In this document: positions 1 through 9,901 of the stretch, piece by piece
Numbering within the stretch: position 1 is the first letter of the stretch
How the letters are laid out: each line of letters starts with the position of its first letter
Assembly: GCA_016934855.1 (NCBI GenBank)
Contig: JAFGSA010000003.1
Location: 1,654 to 65,653, forward strand
Source: Elusimicrobiota bacterium
GTDB taxonomy: Bacteria; CG03; SLGR01; JAFGSA01
Length of the DNA stretch: 64,000 nt
Direction of reading: 5' to 3'
Notes under the pieces: generated by a model
What the model saw: only the letters and a program-made list of their open reading frames with translations
What the model was told of the DNA's origin: nothing
Database searches by the model: none
Position numbers and translations under genes: made by a program

Positions 1-2
1 CC

Positions 3-1352
3 TGGTGGGGGCAGAGAACGCACGATGCGCTCGGGCTGGACAGGTTGCTGGATTTCGAGGCGTTCATCACCTGCGATTACGGTACGGGAATCGAGGGTCT
101 ATGGGAAGGAAGGGTTATATCCCCTGAGCTGTTTGAAGGAAGGCGTAGGAACTATTCCAACGAAGACATAAACGAGTTCCTTAAAAGCTCTTACAGGGAA
201 CCAATACTAGACAGGATATCCTCCGGATCAGAATGCGTTATGTACAGGTCTATAAGCGAACTCGAGCGGCTTGCCAGGGTAAACAGGGAAATAAGGATCT
301 ATTCCGCCCCGGTCAGGCTTAAAAGCGCTTTCGATAACAAGGTGCTTTTCAGGGAAAAACTCAGGTCTCTCGGCATCGAGCCCATCCCCGGGAAGACAGC
401 GTTTCTCGAAAATACGGATTACGGCGCTGCTTGCGGCGAATGGGGCGAAAAATTCGTGGTCAAGTACCCTGTTTCTTCTTCAGGGAAGAAGACACATCTT
501 GTCGAGAACGGGGAGACATTCGGTCTTTTAAAATCCCTCTACCCGGGAGAGCCGGTGATCATAGAAAAGCACCTGGAAGGATTCTCGCTGAACATAAACG
601 CGGTCATAGAAGAAAACATGCTTATCAGTGATCCCTCACTGCAGGTTGTCGGGTCGAGCGCGTTAGCCGACGGAAGATTCGCTTTCTGCGGAAACGATTT
701 TTCTTCCGCGGCGTATTTAGACAACAACATCATTTCCGAGATAAAAACGCAGACTTTTACAGTGATGAAATGGATGAGAAACTGGGGATTCAAAGGGCTT
801 ATGGGCATGGATTTCATCGTCTCCGCAGGCAGGGTATACCCGGTGGAAATAAACCCGAGGTTTCAGAACTCCACTTCGTTATTGACTCTCCTGGAACTGG
901 GAAAAAATATCATACCGCTCGAGTATTCCCATTTGACGGCCTTTAACCGCGAACTGCCCCGGCCGGAGTACGAAGGCTCAGGAACCAGGTTCGAAGGCGC
1001 TCAGCTTATAATGCACAATCTCGAAGACAGGGACATAGCCATAGAGGACAGTATGCGGCCGGGGATATACAGGACCGTAAAGGAAGGTCTTCAGTTCCTC
1101 AGGCACGGTTATTCGGTCCTGGACTGCCGTTCCGACGAAGAATTCGCCGTCTGCGGCGGCGTACCCGCTGCAAATACAGTTATAGAAAAAGGCGCTCCCT
1201 TGCTGAAGCTCCATTTCAGGAAAAACGTGCTGGATTCCGGTCTTTCTGTGCTTAATAAAGAAATTGAATTGACAGTCAAAAAAATATACAATTGTCTAGT
1301 CAGAAACGAGCCATGGATAGAAACCCGGAATTCTATACAAAAGAACTGCTGA
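3..1352 (+). CDS. ATP-grasp domain ligase (5' end truncated by the window edge)
   Basis: Frame is open from position 3 (WWGQRTHDALGL...). ATP-grasp motifs: FDNKVLFREKL, VVKYPVSSSG, IIEKHLEG, GLMGMDFI, VEINPRFQNST. Confidence 0.85.
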   Translation, partial: WWGQRTHDALGLDRLLDFEAFITCDYGTGIEGLWEGRVISPELFEGRRRNYSNEDINEFLKSSYREPILDRISSGSECVMYRSISELERLARVNREIRIYSAPVRLKSAFDNKVLFREKLRSLGIEPIPGKTAFLENTDYGAACGEWGEKFVVKYPVSSSGKKTHLVENGETFGLLKSLYPGEPVIIEKHLEGFSLNINAVIEENMLISDPSLQVVGSSALADGRFAFCGNDFSSAAYLDNNIISEIKTQTFTVMKWMRNWGFKGLMGMDFIVSAGRVYPVEINPRFQNSTSLLTLLELGKNIIPLEYSHLTAFNRELPRPEYEGSGTRFEGAQLIMHNLEDRDIAIEDSMRPGIYRTVKEGLQFLRHGYSVLDCRSDEEFAVCGGVPAANTVIEKGAPLLKLHFRKNVLDSGLSVLNKEIELTVKKIYNCLVRNEPWIETRNSIQKNC

Positions 1353-2773
1353 ATTCATCCGTTATTTTCGACGGTCCTGACAATGATTACACAGTAAACC
1401 TGACAGACGACTTTAACGATTACATCCGCGGGCTGGATGAGTTCAGACATACCAGGCTCAGGCCCGCAGGCACAAATGCAGCGCCCGATAATGTAATCTG
1501 GATAGACGCCTCCCAGGACGGTTTGCCGGCGACCAGGGAATCGGCGAGGGTAGCAGGTGCCGGCACTGTCGTAAACGAACGCCGCGAACTCCTTGAAGAG
1601 CTGGGAAGGTTCCCTTCGACTACGCTGGTACTCTCGCAATGTGTCAAGAAAGACACCTACGACGTCGACCTGAGCAGGAAGATAGATTCTTCGGGGAGCC
1701 TCACATCGCCCGGCCCGCTGACAGCGCCGGGCTCTGTTTTCTCGGACAAGCTCAAGACATACGACCTGCTCTCTTCCGACAGAAAGAACTGGGACCTCGT
1801 AGCAAAATACAGCGATATACAGGTCGATGGCATGAACCCGGGAGAAGTTGCCCGCGAAGTACTCAGAACCGCATCGCTTGACGCCGAGACGGACAGTTTC
1901 TTCGTCAAACCTACAGAAGGGGGCGGAGGGCTCGGGGGATTCAGGCTGATAAGGGAATCCGCTAGCGGAAAGGCCGGCTATGTTATACCGGACCTATCGA
2001 GAGTATCGGGCAGCTTCGAAAATGCGCATATAGTGCCGCTCACGATCGATCCGTCCGACGATAAAGCAGTAGAAGAGCTCTGGTGGCTTTACGGAATGTT
2101 CAGTTCCGTAGACGTGTTGAGAAAAAACTATATACACACCGATATAAAAAACAGCAGGGATATAATAAAGCTCCTCGGGAACAGGCCTTTCGGCAACGTG
2201 TATTCGGAAGAAGACGCCGCAGAGAGACTCGCGAAGGCAATCGAGAGTTTCGAATCCAAGTTCAATAAGCGTTACCGTCCGCTGGTATGCCATTATATAG
2301 ATTTCGGGGCCTGGGGGCTGAGAGCCCATTACAGGCTCACGGTGCGGGGTATAGAGGCGGAGGTATTGTATGCCAGGATATTCCAGATAAGTTTCGAGAA
2401 AGATTCCATAGGATATGTCGGTTCGGACAATATATCGAACAAACAGACCGGGGAATTGGAACTGGGCCGGCTCGCGCCGATAAACAGCGTGATGGTCGAG
2501 GCCGTGGGAGGAAAAGACAGGCTGTTCAGCGTACTCCTCAAGGGCGCCAGGGCCACTAAGGTCCTGATCGGCAGCCTTCCGGCGGAACTCAGAGATAAAG
2601 TGCCTGTCAGGATGCAGTTCGATCTCGCGCCGGCGGCGGGACTTATAGGAGAAGGAAACAGCGATTCGGCGCGCGGGTTCTGCATCGCACAGCGCTGGGA
2701 CAGGTTCGAAAGCAACATCAGCGAATGGTACGACGATTCTCTCGCCTATTATTCCTACATAAAATCAAGATGA
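1313..2773 (+). CDS. Divergent ATP-grasp-like hypothetical protein
   Basis: ATG at 1313 overlaps the upstream gene. VFSDKLKTYDLL and FFVKPTEGGGGLGG resemble the ATP-grasp DK and KP-xx-G-x-G-G motifs; the C-terminal half is not recognised. Confidence 0.6.
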   Translation: MDRNPEFYTKELLNSSVIFDGPDNDYTVNLTDDFNDYIRGLDEFRHTRLRPAGTNAAPDNVIWIDASQDGLPATRESARVAGAGTVVNERRELLEELGRFPSTTLVLSQCVKKDTYDVDLSRKIDSSGSLTSPGPLTAPGSVFSDKLKTYDLLSSDRKNWDLVAKYSDIQVDGMNPGEVAREVLRTASLDAETDSFFVKPTEGGGGLGGFRLIRESASGKAGYVIPDLSRVSGSFENAHIVPLTIDPSDDKAVEELWWLYGMFSSVDVLRKNYIHTDIKNSRDIIKLLGNRPFGNVYSEEDAAERLAKAIESFESKFNKRYRPLVCHYIDFGAWGLRAHYRLTVRGIEAEVLYARIFQISFEKDSIGYVGSDNISNKQTGELELGRLAPINSVMVEAVGGKDRLFSVLLKGARATKVLIGSLPAELRDKVPVRMQFDLAPAAGLIGEGNSDSARGFCIAQRWDRFESNISEWYDDSLAYYSYIKSR

Positions 2774-3297
2774 AAAGAAAAGGTCTGGTCCAGGTATATA
2801 CGGGCGACGGCAAAGGCAAGACCACCGCAGCTATAGGACTCGCCGTGAGGGCGGCCGCATCGGGCATGAAAGCCATAGTAATATCGTTCAACAAGAGCAG
2901 GCCTGTCAAATCGGGAGAGCATATAACACTTAAAGAACTCGGCATCCGCACGGAGTTCTTCGCCGGCGAACACCCGGCGTTTTTCCCAGATACCACGAGG
3001 GAGAAGATGATATCCCTGACGAAAAAAGGAACGGACTTCGCACTGGAAATATTTAAAAGTTTAAAGTATGATATAATAGTGCTCGATGAGATACTCATCA
3101 GTGTCAGGGACGGTTTCCTGAGCGAAAAAGCCCTCTTGGATATAATCGACAAGAAACCCGTTGAAACAGAACTGGTCCTGACAGGAAGGGGGGCGACTCC
3201 CGGCATAATAGCCAGAGCGGACCTGGTCAGCGATATCAGAGATATAAAACATCCTTACCGCTCGGGGACAGGGTCAAGAAAAGGCATAGAAAAATGA
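2770..3297 (+). CDS. cobO: Cob(I)yrinic acid a,c-diamide adenosyltransferase (CobO/BtuR/CobA type)
   Basis: GLVQVYTGDGKGKTTAAIGLAVRA, IVLDEI, ELVLTGRGA, ADLVSDI..IKHPY..GIE; ATGA overlap with the upstream gene. Confidence 0.93.
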   Translation: MKRKGLVQVYTGDGKGKTTAAIGLAVRAAASGMKAIVISFNKSRPVKSGEHITLKELGIRTEFFAGEHPAFFPDTTREKMISLTKKGTDFALEIFKSLKYDIIVLDEILISVRDGFLSEKALLDIIDKKPVETELVLTGRGATPGIIARADLVSDIRDIKHPYRSGTGSRKGIEK

Positions 3298-5501
3298 GAA
3301 GATATATCGCCGTTTTTATACTTCTTCTTTCCTCGGGCGCGGCATGTGCCCAGGAAGAAGCCAGGGCGCGCCAGATACTCGCCAGAACGCTCGAGATATA
3401 TAATAATCTCACGACTTACCAGGACACCACCGATACCATTATGACCCTGGTATCGCAGGGCATAGAAAATAAGATATCGTATGAATACGAAACTTATATA
3501 AAAAAACCCGACAAATTCTATATAAAAAATACATCGGGTCTCCTGGGGAGAACCGTGGTCTCCGACGGAAACAAGATATGGGTATACCAGCCCGCGCTGA
3601 AAAGATACATGGTAATGGACCCCGAGGCCATAGAGGATTTCCTGGCCGTCAATACAGAGAATATATTCACCCTGGGCACCGAACAATTCCTGATAGGCCT
3701 TTTCATGAAGGATAAAGACTCCATAATGCTCGATGACCAGCTCTCTATATCCATAGCAGGCGAAGAGGAGATAGACGGCGCCATATCATACGTGCTCAAT
3801 ATGAAAAAAGAAAAACTGGATATGAAGGTAAAGATCGACAAGAAGAGCGGGCACATACGCATGATTACCCTCAACCTGTCGGATTTCATGGAGCAGATGA
3901 TGGCCGGCGCCGGTAAAGAGGAACAGGATATGCCTAAACCGGAAATACTGTACATAGAATCCCATTCCGGGATATCGGTAAACCAGGCGATATCAGACAG
4001 TTACTTCAAGTTCGTGCCGCCGCCGGATTCCAGCAAGGTAGCGAATATCTACGAGAATCTCAATAAATCACCTGCTGGGTACCCCTATATAGGAGAACCG
4101 TTTACCGACTTCCAGCTCGGATCCCTCAATACCAGGGGTTCCATAAAACTCTCTGAAGAGACCGGGAGCGTGATAATTCTCGCCTTCTGGAATGCCAAAG
4201 ACAGCTATTCCGAAGATTTTCTCACTTTTATGAAGAAACTTAACACTAAGTTCAGGAGAGAGAAAGAAATAAAGATAATACTCATTGCGCCGAAAGGGCA
4301 GGCGGCGGACGCAGGGAACCTGACGAAGAAGAATAAAGTCACATTCCCCGTGCTCTACGACGAGGATAATTCCGTATCGGGTACTTACGGCGTCGCTACA
4401 TATCCGACGATATTCATCATAGGGAAGAAAGGCGCTATCCAGCAGATATACACGGGATATTTCGACGGGCTCCAGGAAATGGTCGAGAAGGATATAAGCA
4501 TGCTGCTGGAAGGGATAGACCTTAAAGACGTCGAAGGCAGCACTGTCCAGACCAAGGGTATATATATACAGTGGAACGTTCCCGTGAAGACCAGCGACCT
4601 TGCCGCAGACAAGGAAGAGATTTTTTCTTTCGGACCGGCGGGGAATATAAACATACTTACAAACCGCGGCAGTATAAAAGACACTCTGCGCCTGAAGAGC
4701 ACGGCGAGGCGGATGCTGATGTCGGGCACGGAAGCCGGCCGCAGGGACAGCTTCATAATCTACAGGCCCCAGGGCACCGATATATCTCTGGTCAGCATGA
4801 AAGGGAAAAAGCTGTGGGATTACAGCATACGCCTGGGGATCAATCATGCGGAAACTGCGGACCTGGACGGCGATGGCAGACAGGAAATAATACTGGGACT
4901 CAACGGCCTTGAAGGCCTGAGGGTGATCGACTTCGACTCCAATACGGTCTTCCAGAGCACCCGGATTGCGAACGCTGCCAACGTGAGCGCCGGTAATCTG
5001 TCAGGAGACCGGCTTCCGGAGATAACAGCCGTATCCAATGACGGCATAGTATATATACTGGATTCATCCGGAAAACCGGCAGGACAGATAGATGACAATA
5101 TGCTCACTAATTACGCGAAGATAATAGATTTCGGCGGGAAATACTGCAATATATTCGTTTCCGGCAGCTCCGGCGACAGCGAGATACTGAAGATGCTCTC
5201 AAACGACGGCAAAGCTTCCTGGGAAGTAATACTCGGCAACTCGTACAATTCCCGCGTCACGAGCATCACCAGGCATCCCGTCAATAACTGGGTAGCTATA
5301 GGCACGGCTGATTCGCAGGTATTCGTATTCGATTCCGCTGGTAATATGCTGGCCTACGCAAGAGAAAAAGGCATGAATCTCCTCGTAGACTGGGTGGGTG
5401 CCGGCACTGGCGAGTACAACCTCCTCACTGCCAATATGGACCTCGGCATCAACTGTTACCTGATAACCGAATCCGAATCCGGGTGGAAAGGCCCCGAATG
5501 A
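3294..5501 (+). CDS. Secreted multidomain protein: LolA-like/DUF2092 domain + redoxin-like domain + FG-GAP/beta-propeller
   Basis: Signal peptide; KKPDKFYI..VVSDGNKIWVYQP (LolA-like); DFQL..ILAFW..FPVLYD..YGVATYPTIFIIGKKG (TlpA fold); ADLDGDGRQEII and GNLSGDRLPEI (FG-GAP-like). Confidence 0.7.
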   Translation: MRRYIAVFILLLSSGAACAQEEARARQILARTLEIYNNLTTYQDTTDTIMTLVSQGIENKISYEYETYIKKPDKFYIKNTSGLLGRTVVSDGNKIWVYQPALKRYMVMDPEAIEDFLAVNTENIFTLGTEQFLIGLFMKDKDSIMLDDQLSISIAGEEEIDGAISYVLNMKKEKLDMKVKIDKKSGHIRMITLNLSDFMEQMMAGAGKEEQDMPKPEILYIESHSGISVNQAISDSYFKFVPPPDSSKVANIYENLNKSPAGYPYIGEPFTDFQLGSLNTRGSIKLSEETGSVIILAFWNAKDSYSEDFLTFMKKLNTKFRREKEIKIILIAPKGQAADAGNLTKKNKVTFPVLYDEDNSVSGTYGVATYPTIFIIGKKGAIQQIYTGYFDGLQEMVEKDISMLLEGIDLKDVEGSTVQTKGIYIQWNVPVKTSDLAADKEEIFSFGPAGNINILTNRGSIKDTLRLKSTARRMLMSGTEAGRRDSFIIYRPQGTDISLVSMKGKKLWDYSIRLGINHAETADLDGDGRQEIILGLNGLEGLRVIDFDSNTVFQSTRIANAANVSAGNLSGDRLPEITAVSNDGIVYILDSSGKPAGQIDDNMLTNYAKIIDFGGKYCNIFVSGSSGDSEILKMLSNDGKASWEVILGNSYNSRVTSITRHPVNNWVAIGTADSQVFVFDSAGNMLAYAREKGMNLLVDWVGAGTGEYNLLTANMDLGINCYLITESESGWKGPE

Positions 5502-6364
5502 AGATTGTAGACATCTATAAGGAGAAAAAACCGCTCTTCTCTTGCGAAGTCTTTCCCCCAAAACCTGAAAACGGCATAGACACTTTATACAGCACTATCT
5601 CCGGACTGGAAAAACTCTCCCCTGATTTTATCAGCGTGACTTACGGCGCAGGTGGCGGAACCAGGGAAAGGACAGCAGAGATCGCCAGCAGGATAAAAAA
5701 CGACTACGGAACGGAAGCCCTTATGCATCTTACATGCATTAACACCCATTACGCCGACCTTAAAAAGATAATAAAGCATATAGACGACCTGCATATAGAG
5801 AATATACTGGCGCTGAGGGGAGACATGCCTCCCGAAGAAGGCAGGGACGATGATACGATATCGGATTTCTGCTACGCCGTTGACCTGATATATTACCTGA
5901 AACAGCAGAAAGATTTCTGTATAGGGGTCGCCGGGTATCCTGAGACCCACCCGGAATCTCCAGACCCTGATACAGATGTAAGTCATCTGAAAAACAAAAT
6001 AGAAAACGGCGGGGACTTTATTATCACACAGCTTTTTTTCGACAACACATTCTTCTACAGGTTCCTGGACAGGATATCTTCCTCGGGAATAGACGTCCCT
6101 GTATCGGCGGGCATAATGCCGGTATTCAAGGCAGGCCTGATAAAGAAGATGGTATCGCTCTGCGGGGCTACCATACCCCCGGTGCTCCAGAAACTTATAG
6201 ACAAGTACCAGGACAAACCCAAAGACATGCAGAAAGCCGGAATAGAATTTGCCTCGGGCCAGATACTGGACCTGATAGAGCAGCAGGTCGCCGGGATACA
6301 CCTGTACACGATGAACAACGCGCTGTTAGCGGAAAAAATAGCAAAAAATACCAAACTCAGATGA
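5498..6364 (+). CDS. metF: 5,10-methylenetetrahydrofolate reductase
   Basis: FSCEVFPPK, DFISVTYGAGG, MHLTC, ILALRGD, VAGYPETHPES, FIITQLFFD, GIHLYTMN; ATGA overlap. Confidence 0.96.
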   Translation: MKIVDIYKEKKPLFSCEVFPPKPENGIDTLYSTISGLEKLSPDFISVTYGAGGGTRERTAEIASRIKNDYGTEALMHLTCINTHYADLKKIIKHIDDLHIENILALRGDMPPEEGRDDDTISDFCYAVDLIYYLKQQKDFCIGVAGYPETHPESPDPDTDVSHLKNKIENGGDFIITQLFFDNTFFYRFLDRISSSGIDVPVSAGIMPVFKAGLIKKMVSLCGATIPPVLQKLIDKYQDKPKDMQKAGIEFASGQILDLIEQQVAGIHLYTMNNALLAEKIAKNTKLR

Positions 6365-6374
6365 GGCTCTGGGT

Positions 6375-6968
6375 ATGTCCAGATTACTAAAGATAATCCT
6401 GATACTTGCAATACCCGCTGTCCTTATAATCCCCACGGGCATTTCCAGAAACACAGAAATATTCAGATGCTCCGTATGTAACGCCCTGAAGACGAGCAGC
6501 GAATACAGATATACCTTCCTACCCCCCATACCCGCATACGGGCGCAGTTCCGAGGCCGTCACGAAATCCGCGCATAAAGACCATATATGGGGCACTTCGG
6601 TCATGCAGTCGATAAAGACAGTGAGGCCTCTCAGTACCGGCTTCAGGATAGCTATAATAGCGGGATTGCTGTCTATCCTTTTTTTCCGCAGGCTCACGTC
6701 CGGCGCGGAAAACCTGTCGGAAACATTCTTCCGCTACACGCGCCTTTTCAAGTTATTCCTTTTTACCGGCGTTCTCGTAACCGGGCTGTTCATTATATAT
6801 TTCGCTTTACAGAACGCCCGGAAAATCCAATCATTGTTTAATCCTGATAGTCAGACCAGAAATATATCCGGAAGGATATCGGAAATAGCGGGAAAACAGG
6901 ATTTTGATATAGATGTGAACAAGCTTAAGGACATATTGAAAGAGGTATTGGACAAATACGAAAAATAA
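6375..6968 (+). CDS. Hypothetical membrane protein (about 3 TM segments) with CxxC
   Basis: Hydrophobic segments; CSVC...HKDH in the first loop; fits the operon spacing. Confidence 0.6.
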   Translation: MSRLLKIILILAIPAVLIIPTGISRNTEIFRCSVCNALKTSSEYRYTFLPPIPAYGRSSEAVTKSAHKDHIWGTSVMQSIKTVRPLSTGFRIAIIAGLLSILFFRRLTSGAENLSETFFRYTRLFKLFLFTGVLVTGLFIIYFALQNARKIQSLFNPDSQTRNISGRISEIAGKQDFDIDVNKLKDILKEVLDKYEK

Positions 6969-7007
6969 TATTGCAAACAGGGAGCAATTTTGCTATTCTT
7001 TATTACT

Positions 7008-8096
7008 ATGAGGAAAAATAACTTACTAGTCCTTTGTGTATTCTTTTTATTCGCTTGCGGCGGGAAACAGATGACTACCGATAATTCGGGATATGTTACC
7101 GTTACTGCCGAGGGGACTGCCGACATAAAAAAAGCGGGAGTAGCTGAAGCCACCGACGTCGCGTATATGGACGCCCAGAGAAAAGCTATCGAGACAGCGC
7201 TGGGAAAACTGTATTCAGCCAGGACAGTCGTCGAATCTGGCAGGTTCATCGATCAGACAATAATGGCGGACGTGAAAGGATATATTAAGAGATGGGAGAA
7301 GCTGGGCGACCCCGCAGTCCAGGATTATCCGGGCACATCATATAAAATCGTAAAAGTGCAGATAAAAGCGGATATAGGGCTGGACAAACTCAAGGAAGAC
7401 ACGACCGCGCTCGACCAGATGCAGAAGAGGCTAGGAAGACCGGATATAGCGGTCGTCGTATCCGACGCTAACGCGAAGCAGACCATCAGCAGCAAACTCA
7501 AAGACAAGGATTTCACGGTCATCGACCTCGGCAGCCAGGCCGATGTCCTTGCCGCCGCGGCCGACAAGAACGCGGAATTGCTGATAGACGGCAAAGTTAC
7601 TCTCAGCGAAGGCAAGAAGATAATGGAAGGCGTTGATATGAAATCCTACCAGGCCACTATAACTCTCGAAGCCGTAAATACGGCGAGCGCAGAGAGTATT
7701 GCCCAGGCCGCCGGCAGCGGTGCCTATCCGCATATAGATGCGGATACCGGAAAAGCGGGAGCCGCCAACAGGGCCGCCGAAACCGCCGCTGACCAGCTGA
7801 TAGAGAAACTCCTGGTCGTCTGGGAAGATGTGCTCAATAACGGCAGCGGGATATACCTTAAAGTCTCGGGACTTACATTGAATAACGAAGCGGATTTCGG
7901 CAAGCTCCTGGAAAGGTACCTGAGGGGGGTAAAAGAGATACACGCTAAAGGCCTGCAGGACGGCATATTCACATACAAGATAATGTATCTCGGGACAGCC
8001 AAGCAGATGGCGAAAGAAGTCAGCGAGATACAGGGAAACTTTAAAGTCAATGTGACCGGATACAGGGCTAACACGGTCACTGCGCAGGTAAAATAG
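7008..8096 (+). CDS. Lipoprotein with FlgT-N/LPP20-like N-terminal domain
   Basis: Lipobox LFAC; VTVTAEGTA..AYMDAQRKAIETALG..SARTVVE..DVKGYIK resembles the flagellar assembly protein T N-terminal domain. Confidence 0.7.
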   Translation: MRKNNLLVLCVFFLFACGGKQMTTDNSGYVTVTAEGTADIKKAGVAEATDVAYMDAQRKAIETALGKLYSARTVVESGRFIDQTIMADVKGYIKRWEKLGDPAVQDYPGTSYKIVKVQIKADIGLDKLKEDTTALDQMQKRLGRPDIAVVVSDANAKQTISSKLKDKDFTVIDLGSQADVLAAAADKNAELLIDGKVTLSEGKKIMEGVDMKSYQATITLEAVNTASAESIAQAAGSGAYPHIDADTGKAGAANRAAETAADQLIEKLLVVWEDVLNNGSGIYLKVSGLTLNNEADFGKLLERYLRGVKEIHAKGLQDGIFTYKIMYLGTAKQMAKEVSEIQGNFKVNVTGYRANTVTAQVK

Positions 8097-8200
8097 AAAA
8101 GACAGGTGCTTACGGTTATAGCTGTTATAAGCCAGATATTATATTCCGGATACAGGATTAATAGAAACATCTGTTTTATTTCGGCGGGTATTTGGCTGGC

Positions 8201-8233
8201 AGTCTTATAGCTTACAGCTTATAACTTAAGACT
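8201..8233. repeat. Heptamer tandem array inside an inverted repeat
   Basis: cttatag-cttacag-cttataa-cttaaga bounded by AGTCTTA/TAAGACT; related units at 8108-8132. Confidence 0.6.
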
Positions 8234-8270
8234 CTGTCGGGATCTGAGTTCATACGGAGGTGGATATATC

Positions 8271-8756
8271 ATGAGAAAATTTGTACCGGCAACACTTGTT
8301 TTATGCGTATCACTGCTTGCTCTTTACGGCTGCGGCGGTAAAGGGATGGGCGGGGCCATCAAAGGCAAAGACATCGTAACGGAGGGATGGATCGACGACG
8401 ACACCTTCCAGGTCATAGCATGGGGCGAAGCAAGTCCCGACGCAACCGGCGAAGCCAGGTGGAGGAACCAGGCTAAAGAAGGCGCCCAGATGATGGCAGA
8501 AAAAAGGATCGTAGAGAAATTCCAGGGCTATACTCTCGAAGCTAACGGTTATACCGAAGAGGGCGCAAACGTTATGGTAGTAGTAACAAAAGACGTTCTC
8601 GGCGCGGTTAAGGGCGGAGAAGTGGTTAAAACCACGTTCGACGCCGACAATAAGGCAGCCGAGATAGTCTACAGGGTAACAGCGAAGAACCTGAAGAAAA
8701 AAGTAGCTAATTTCGAAGTAAAGCCGGCAGAAGCCGCGGCAGAAGAAGGGGAATAA
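8271..8756 (+). CDS. Small lipoprotein, LPP20/LipL21-like
   Basis: GGAGG RBS; lipobox LYGC; EGWIDDDTFQV...EKFQGYTLEA...VLGAVKGG resembles spirochaete LipL21-type lipoproteins (from recollection). Confidence 0.65.
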   Translation: MRKFVPATLVLCVSLLALYGCGGKGMGGAIKGKDIVTEGWIDDDTFQVIAWGEASPDATGEARWRNQAKEGAQMMAEKRIVEKFQGYTLEANGYTEEGANVMVVVTKDVLGAVKGGEVVKTTFDADNKAAEIVYRVTAKNLKKKVANFEVKPAEAAAEEGE

Positions 8757-8944
8757 TCCTTTCATATACAAAATATTGAAGCATTGCCTTATCTCTCAGG
8801 GATAAAGGTGTATTGATATATCCGCATCCTTTATTCGGCATATAGCGGAGACAGACGCTTTATGCGGGAAAATGTCTTGGTATTTTTCCGCCGATCGCGC
8901 AGGAACGGCATAACCCAGTATTTACTGAATAATCATCTCCTGCA

Positions 8945-9820
8945 ATGAAAACAAACAGCAAACAAAAAGCCGTATTATACCTGTTATGCGCATCGTTCTT
9001 TTTCGCGTGCGTAAGCCTCCTGGTCAGGTACGCGACCAAGGATATGGGGATACATGTGTTCACCATAGTATTCATCCGCGGGCTGTTAAGCCTGCCGTTT
9101 CTATTTTTAATGACCCGCCTGAGAGGTGAACCCGCGTTCGGAAAAGACATAAAGACTCTCTGCCTGAGAGGGCTGGTAGGCGCCGGGGGGATGTTCTTTT
9201 CTTTCCTCGCACTCTCGAAGACTATCGTATCCAATGCCATGGTCCTCACTTATACATACCCTATATTCGCGGCACTGATATCTTCGTTTGCCGGGAAAGA
9301 AAGACTCGGAAAAAGGGCTATCCTGCTCCTGCTTTCCTTCACCGGCATCGGGATGATAATAAGACCTGAACTCGGCAGTATAGACAGCGGGGAGCTCATG
9401 GGCCTGGCAGCCGGCATTTTCGCCGGTGCCTCCATATATTTCGTAAGAGAGCTCAGGAAGACGGACACTCCGTTCAATATAACGAAATACCTGATAATGT
9501 TCACTTTCGTAATATCCGCGCCTTACGCAGCTTTGTCCTTCAGGAGATATACACCGGCAGAAATCCTTATAATGATACTGATAAGCGCCGCCGCTCTGGC
9601 CGCCCAGCACCTGATGACTTCAGGCTACAGGGAATGCACAACGGTAGAGGGAGGAGTTCTTTCATATATCAGCGTCATAATAGCGATAATCGGAGCCTTA
9701 TTTATCTTCTCGGAAATACCCGACAGGATGGACCTGGCAGGGGGGCTGATAGTCATAACAAGTTCCATTATCCTGATCGTTCTACAGAACAGGAAATCCC
9801 ATATCAAGTTCAGTTTCTAG
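8945..9820 (+). CDS. DMT/EamA family transporter
   Basis: About 10 TM segments in two EamA repeats (IVFIRG, LRGLVG, TYPIFAALIS..GKERL). Confidence 0.92.
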   Translation: MKTNSKQKAVLYLLCASFFFACVSLLVRYATKDMGIHVFTIVFIRGLLSLPFLFLMTRLRGEPAFGKDIKTLCLRGLVGAGGMFFSFLALSKTIVSNAMVLTYTYPIFAALISSFAGKERLGKRAILLLLSFTGIGMIIRPELGSIDSGELMGLAAGIFAGASIYFVRELRKTDTPFNITKYLIMFTFVISAPYAALSFRRYTPAEILIMILISAAALAAQHLMTSGYRECTTVEGGVLSYISVIIAIIGALFIFSEIPDRMDLAGGLIVITSSIILIVLQNRKSHIKFSF

Positions 9821-9901
9821 CATACATCCCGCCTTGCAATTTACTGTCGCGTATGATAAAATTCTGACTGAAATTCAATTACCCGGGAGGTGTCCTATAT
9901 C

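Noticed and set aside
2700..5500. Cobalamin or SAM riboswitch before cobO or metF
   Set aside because: Both genes overlap their upstream neighbours, so there is no leader. A switch could lie upstream of the window.
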